Positions 21,250-24,927 of a DNA stretch of 24,927 bases are shown here, piece after piece. The first letter of the stretch is position 1. Each line of letters starts with the position of its first letter. This DNA is from Chlorokybus atmophyticus. Its lineage: Eukaryota; Plantae; Mesostigma and Chlorokybus algae. A model generated the notes under the pieces. The model was not told the DNA's origin, made no database searches, and saw nothing but the letters and a program-made list of their open reading frames with translations. The position numbers and the translations under genes are program-made. The stretch covers positions 549,988 through 574,914 of the forward strand of contig RHPI01002990.1 in assembly GCA_009103225.1 (NCBI GenBank), in the 5' to 3' direction.

Positions 21250-21513
21250 ATATGTTGCATCATTTGGCGATATGATACGATGTTGCGCAACGTTGTTTGA
21301 TATCGACGCATATCGCGAGTGTTTGAGCATGTTAGATCGATGTTGCACAACATTGCACTACATGCTGCCAAGTTGGACGATATTGCTTTAGGCGACATGG
21401 TACGCTGTTGCGCAACGTTGTTTGATATCAACGGATATCGCATGATGTTTGTGCATGAATGAACGATGTTGCAAAACATTGCGTTATATGGTTCCATGTT
21501 CGACGATATGGAA
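21250..21513 (+). repeat. Degenerate 10-bp-periodic array
   Basis: tatgatacga tgttgcgcaa cgttgtttga tatcgacgca tatcgc..., with a near-duplicate block (tgttgcgcaacgttgtttgatatc) at ~21281 and ~21406; same unit type as 14522-14613. Confidence 0.85.
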
Positions 21514-21970
21514 CCATATCGCGTAAGATGAACTGCATCTCATGACCACACTGTACGCATGTACGGTTTGATGACATGGCACATTCAGTTGATTGCCGTA
21601 TCACCCGTCATCCAACCATGCTTTGTATGCAATCATCTCCTCCACCCCATCAACTCTTCTGACCAATCCCATGGCGGCATGGCTTAGCACGTGGTGTTCT
21701 GCCGACACAGACCCTTTTCCTTGCCACGCAGATATACATAGGCAATATATCTGGCGCTGCTGTAAATGTACACCAGTTGAAACATCAAGTCGCAGGGCAC
21801 TGTGCATACATGCCTGTCGCATCACCTGCCTCAGACACCTGCCCATCGTCGAAAACTGTCACCTCAGCCAGACACAGGTAACAACGTGGCTCAGTTGGCC
21901 TCTGTTTGATCTCGAACCTGTGAGTCATTAGTTGGCGAGCGTTACATTGACAATGCACTTGGGTGACAGC

Positions 21971-23419
21971 ATGGACTTTAACGAAAAAGACCTGTTCGAG
22001 AGGCTCCACGCTCAAATTTCCAATGACGAACCTGGCTCTAAGCGTCCACGTACCAGTAGCTCTGGAGGTGATGCGCCTGGTCGTCCGCTGACAGCGAAAC
22101 AACTGGTAGCATGTGACTCAGCAGGAATCACTCCCGACAAGCTTGAGGGGCTATTCACCAAGCCAGAGGCCGATAAGTTAATTCGCCCTGCCAAAGAGAG
22201 AGCTCAAGAGTTTCGCATAAACCACGGGGACTCTATTGCAACTGGTGAGAAGCGGAATCTGTACACTGACACACTGTGGTGCATGTGTTAACTGATGCAA
22301 GTATGTGTAAACATGCATCTACTACCTCAGAAAGCTCGGCATCGACATTTCTGATGACCTGAAGCGCCAAGTAGCTTACAAGCTGTGGGACACTCTGATG
22401 CGCAAGGACAACCCAGAGCTTCCTGATAATGCAGAGCCAATTTACGCTAATCAGGTATGTATCAATGTGACACTGGGTCATTGGCCAAATACCTGTACTT
22501 AACAGATGTTTCACAGGTGTTCGAGCTGGTTCACATTCGCAAAGTTTGCAACTGGGAGACAGCGCGTTTCATGTCGCAAGGAAAGGCAGAAAAAATCATT
22601 GAGCAAATCAACAAAGCAGACCCAAGGGAAGCTCCAGTAGCAAATGTTGCTGCCAATGAGGTGTGTGGTTATCCAAGTTGATGATGGGATTACTGTGCTT
22701 GCCAAGATTAGTCGCGATGCGTGAGAATGCTATGGTTGCGTAGCAGAGTTCAACAACAATGGGCACATCAAGCCAGAACCCATGCAGTCGCTCCATCTTT
22801 TGTTACACTTCTGTTTTTGCATTGGCTCCCTTTGTTCATATCCTGTACCCGTGGTCTGTTGCCTTGCTTCTACTTCGCTACGCATATATGTTCCATATTC
22901 AACATCAATCTCGGATGTGTACTGCAGCATTCATAGTACCATTGTTCTTTGCAGGTAAACGATGAGGTCCAGATGATCCTGCGATCCTCGGCAGCAAGAA
23001 ACAGCATCAATGCCAACACCAACATTCGCGCTTCTGCACGTCTCTGTGCGCAACCCATAAACACAGGTGTGAAGTTTATCTACAAGTTGACGCATGTGGC
23101 AACACAGAAAGTATATATCGGTCAAAGTAACCACCCAGGTCGACGTTATAAGGAACATCGTAGACACCCGCCTAAGAAAATGTTGCCTGACTTAGATAGC
23201 AGTAAACCTTTTGAAGAGCAAGTGCAGTTGGAAGTATTAGATAAAGGACATTGCAAGGCGCGAATAGATTGGTTAGAAGCTATGTATATCGCCCAATACG
23301 ACTCTCGAGGGTGCAAAGGTTACAATATGGATGAAGGCAACCCAGCGAGGTTCAAAGCATTTTGGGCGCGCCGACGTAGTGGTAGCGGTTTTGGCAATAA
23401 GAAAAAGAAAAAAGAGTGA
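21971..23419 (+). CDS. Probable multi-exon gene: N-terminal region of unknown function and a C-terminal GIY-YIG endonuclease domain
   Basis: Exons ~21971-22260 (MDFNEKDLFERL...KRPR...), 22331-22454 (KLGIDISDDLKRQVAYKLWD...), 22517-22660 (VFELVHIRKVCNW...) and 22955-23419. The last two junctions are clean phase-0 GT-AG. The first needs a weak phase-2 donor; the strong GTGAG at 22245 is out of phase. Confidence reflects the exon model. Confidence 0.55.
22955..23419 (+). CDS. GIY-YIG endonuclease domain (terminal exon, or a standalone ORF from ATG 22973)
   Basis: FIYKLTHVATQKVYIGQS (GIY/YIG pair), RRYKEH (conserved Arg/His), WLEAMYI (metal-binding Glu), GYN (conserved Asn); basic tail RRRSG...NKKKKKE resembles an NLS. 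Confidence 0.88.
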   Translation, partial: VNDEVQMILRSSAARNSINANTNIRASARLCAQPINTGVKFIYKLTHVATQKVYIGQSNHPGRRYKEHRRHPPKKMLPDLDSSKPFEEQVQLEVLDKGHCKARIDWLEAMYIAQYDSRGCKGYNMDEGNPARFKAFWARRRSGSGFGNKKKKKE

Positions 23420-23569
23420 AACTGGCTGCTGTTTGAGTAGGTCACCATGTGTGTTGGACAGTTTGTGTGACACCATGCTTTGGTGTCGATATAATCAATG
23501 GGTGCATATTGGTGGTGAGCTTCATAAATGTACGTATGCTACGTATGCAAGAACTCGTCATGCGACACT

Positions 23570-23665
23570 GCCCCATACCATTCCATATCATAACATATGG
23601 TGTCACAGCGATTGATATGCCAACATATGATGTCATATGGCAAAATGTCGCGCGACGTCAATGGA
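23570..23665 (-). repeat. Degenerate 10-bp-periodic array, reverse orientation
   Basis: The minus strand reads cattttgcca tatgacatca tatgttggca tatcaatcgc tgtgacacca tatgttatga tatggaatgg; same family as the 14522 and 21250 arrays. Confidence 0.75.
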
Positions 23666-24925
23666 CATTGTGAGTTCCCTGTGCGTCATGTTAACACACG
23701 AGCAAAACGGGTTCCATGATACAGGTCTACTCAGGGGGGGGGGTGGCTGCGAAGGCCCAGCGCCAGCAGCACCGGTATTGTGTGTGTCAACATCCTCATC
23801 ATCGTCACTGCTGCTGAGTTCATATACAGGGAAATCGGGGAGCTCTACACCACGTGGTGGGCGCTGCATAAAAATAAGTTGAAAGCGGCGGCAGAAAGGA
23901 CACTCAACTTGAGGGTGAGATCCTGTGCGCAGCTTCTTCAAGCACTGACGGCACAGTGTAGCTCCGCAACATGGCATTGGTAACAACACTTCCACTGGCT
24001 TCTGCTCGCAACAGATCCCGCATGTGTTGTCTTCACTGTCTACCACGCGCTTGCCCTTGTAGTCCTGGCGCACATGTTGCTGCATTTCTTCGGTTGTTGC
24101 TGCTTCACGCAACAACGGGGCAACTGTGCAGAGGTAGGTACAAAGCTTCTCCCATAGTGTTTGGTATAGTTGCAGTTGCAGCTGCCTTTTAACATCTCTG
24201 CGATTGAGGAGCGATACCTGGCACACCAACCAATGAACACCAAGGTGTTGCATTTGTTGATAATTGTCATAATTGTAATTGTTCAGTACCTGTCCGTCAA
24301 GGTCGATCTCTTTCAACATGTATTTTGCCAAGCTGTCCAACTCCTTTCTGGTGACTTCCAGTTCCTGCTGGAAGCTCTCGAACTGCACGCCATTGGGTTC
24401 AACACGCTCACGAAATCGCCAGTTTGCCGTTTGAAGACGCAGGACGCTTGTCAACTCTGAGATCTACAACAGAATGTCAGTTGCTGGAAAATCTAACAGT
24501 GCAGCAACACACACCTTTTTTTTTTGTGCAGCAATTGTCTGGTTGGCTTCTCCAATCTGGCATTGCAGGCGCGCCAATCTTGCATCATTACGCTCATTGT
24601 GTTGCTGCAACTGTGTGGCCCTGCGCTGAACTTCTGTCAGCTGCTTGCGTAAACCCACGATGCTTGCTGCGTCTGCGTTTTTGACACTTTCTGTCATTTT
24701 AACGTGCTCAGCACGCTCTTCGTGTAATGCACGCTCCAGGTCAGCAGAGCGTTGTTCTGCAGCAGCATGGCCTGCACGCAGACCATTGATTTCACTGATC
24801 ATTTTCAACAGCTTTGCAGCGATCTGGGGATCAGGCTGTGTCTGGTTGCGGCGTAGCTGCTCTGCTTGCTTCAGGTTACGCTCGCGAAGGACTGTGTTCT
24901 CGTCAACTAGTTTGAAATCTGCCAA
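23633..24925 (-). CDS. Coiled-coil plus RING-finger protein (putative E3 ligase); 5' end at or beyond the window edge; spliced
   Basis: Heptad-rich exon 24925-24515 joins through a 51-nt GT-AG intron (24514-24464) in frame to ISELTSVLRL.... RING-like CGIC-x13-CC-x4-CRQC-x13-CPFC, with Ala where His is usual, then an acidic/Pro-rich tail. Further small introns are possible (e.g. ~24289-24218). The ORF begins at TTG, and the preceding codon is cut by the window edge (xTG). Confidence 0.75.
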
Positions 24926-24927
24926 CA

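Larger units (their letters stand above)
13999..24927 (+). mobile_element. Autonomous-type Helentron/Helitron2 (HLE2) rolling-circle element, interrupted; 3' end not found in the window
   Basis: The 5' boundary is where homology with the nested copy stops (T|TCGGCTGTTG at 13999/14000). A RepHel ORF follows. Extent to 21204 is firm. Extension past 23665 is inferred from the shared 10-bp-periodic arrays and the absence of a 3' terminus like the nested copy's. Confidence 0.7.

Noticed and set aside
21486-21519. 12-bp-stem hairpin ATATGGTTCCAT/ATGGAACCATAT as the outer element's 3' end
   Set aside because: It is part of the 10-bp array, has no CTRR downstream and does not resemble the nested copy's 3' terminus. 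It cannot be fully excluded as a terminator.
21732-21878. Possible extra exon IYIGNISGAAVNVHQLK... (RRM RNP2-like start)
   Set aside because: It has splice-like ends, but the rest does not resemble an RRM and no upstream start exon was found.
24907-24911. CTAGT as the outer element's 3' end
   Set aside because: It lies inside the coiled-coil exon and has no GC hairpin or CAGCCG motif upstream.
17731-24927. Giant-virus or Polinton origin for the helicase + GIY-YIG + RING cluster
   Set aside because: No capsid, polB, packaging ATPase or integrase genes. The helicase is fused to a HUH Rep with Helitron termini. A viral ancestry of the GIY-YIG domain alone remains open.
1-24927. tRNA, rRNA or other structured ncRNA genes
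   Set aside because: No cloverleaf or conserved rRNA motifs recognised by eye; tRNAscan-SE and Infernal were not run.

Overview
Eukaryotic, intron-rich DNA, most likely from a green alga (inferred from a plastid-type trigger-factor gene and GTGAG/GTAAG/GTGCG...YAG introns). The left half holds host genes: a trigger-factor ribosome-binding-domain-only gene (+, ~2367-3956, with a 14-nt microexon) and a convergent 24-exon, ~1427-aa gene (-, 12306-4465) for a secreted beta-helix-repeat / Cys-rich / multi-pass membrane protein. The right half is a nested mobile-element complex. A Helentron/Helitron2-type (HLE2) rolling-circle element starts at ~14000. Its RepHel gene is split in two by a 2383-bp antisense non-autonomous relative (15348-17730) that shares its 5' ~560 bp and ends in CTAG; removing that insert exactly restores one in-frame ORF of ~1350-1370 aa. 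Downstream are a spliced gene ending in a GIY-YIG endonuclease domain with intact catalytic motifs and a convergent coiled-coil/RING gene, bracketed by the same 10-bp-periodic arrays found at the element's 5' end, so they may be cargo. TA-flanked Tc1/mariner-like MITEs (CAGTCTACCCC termini) sit beside and inside the complex. All calls are by manual reading; no database searches or alignments were run.
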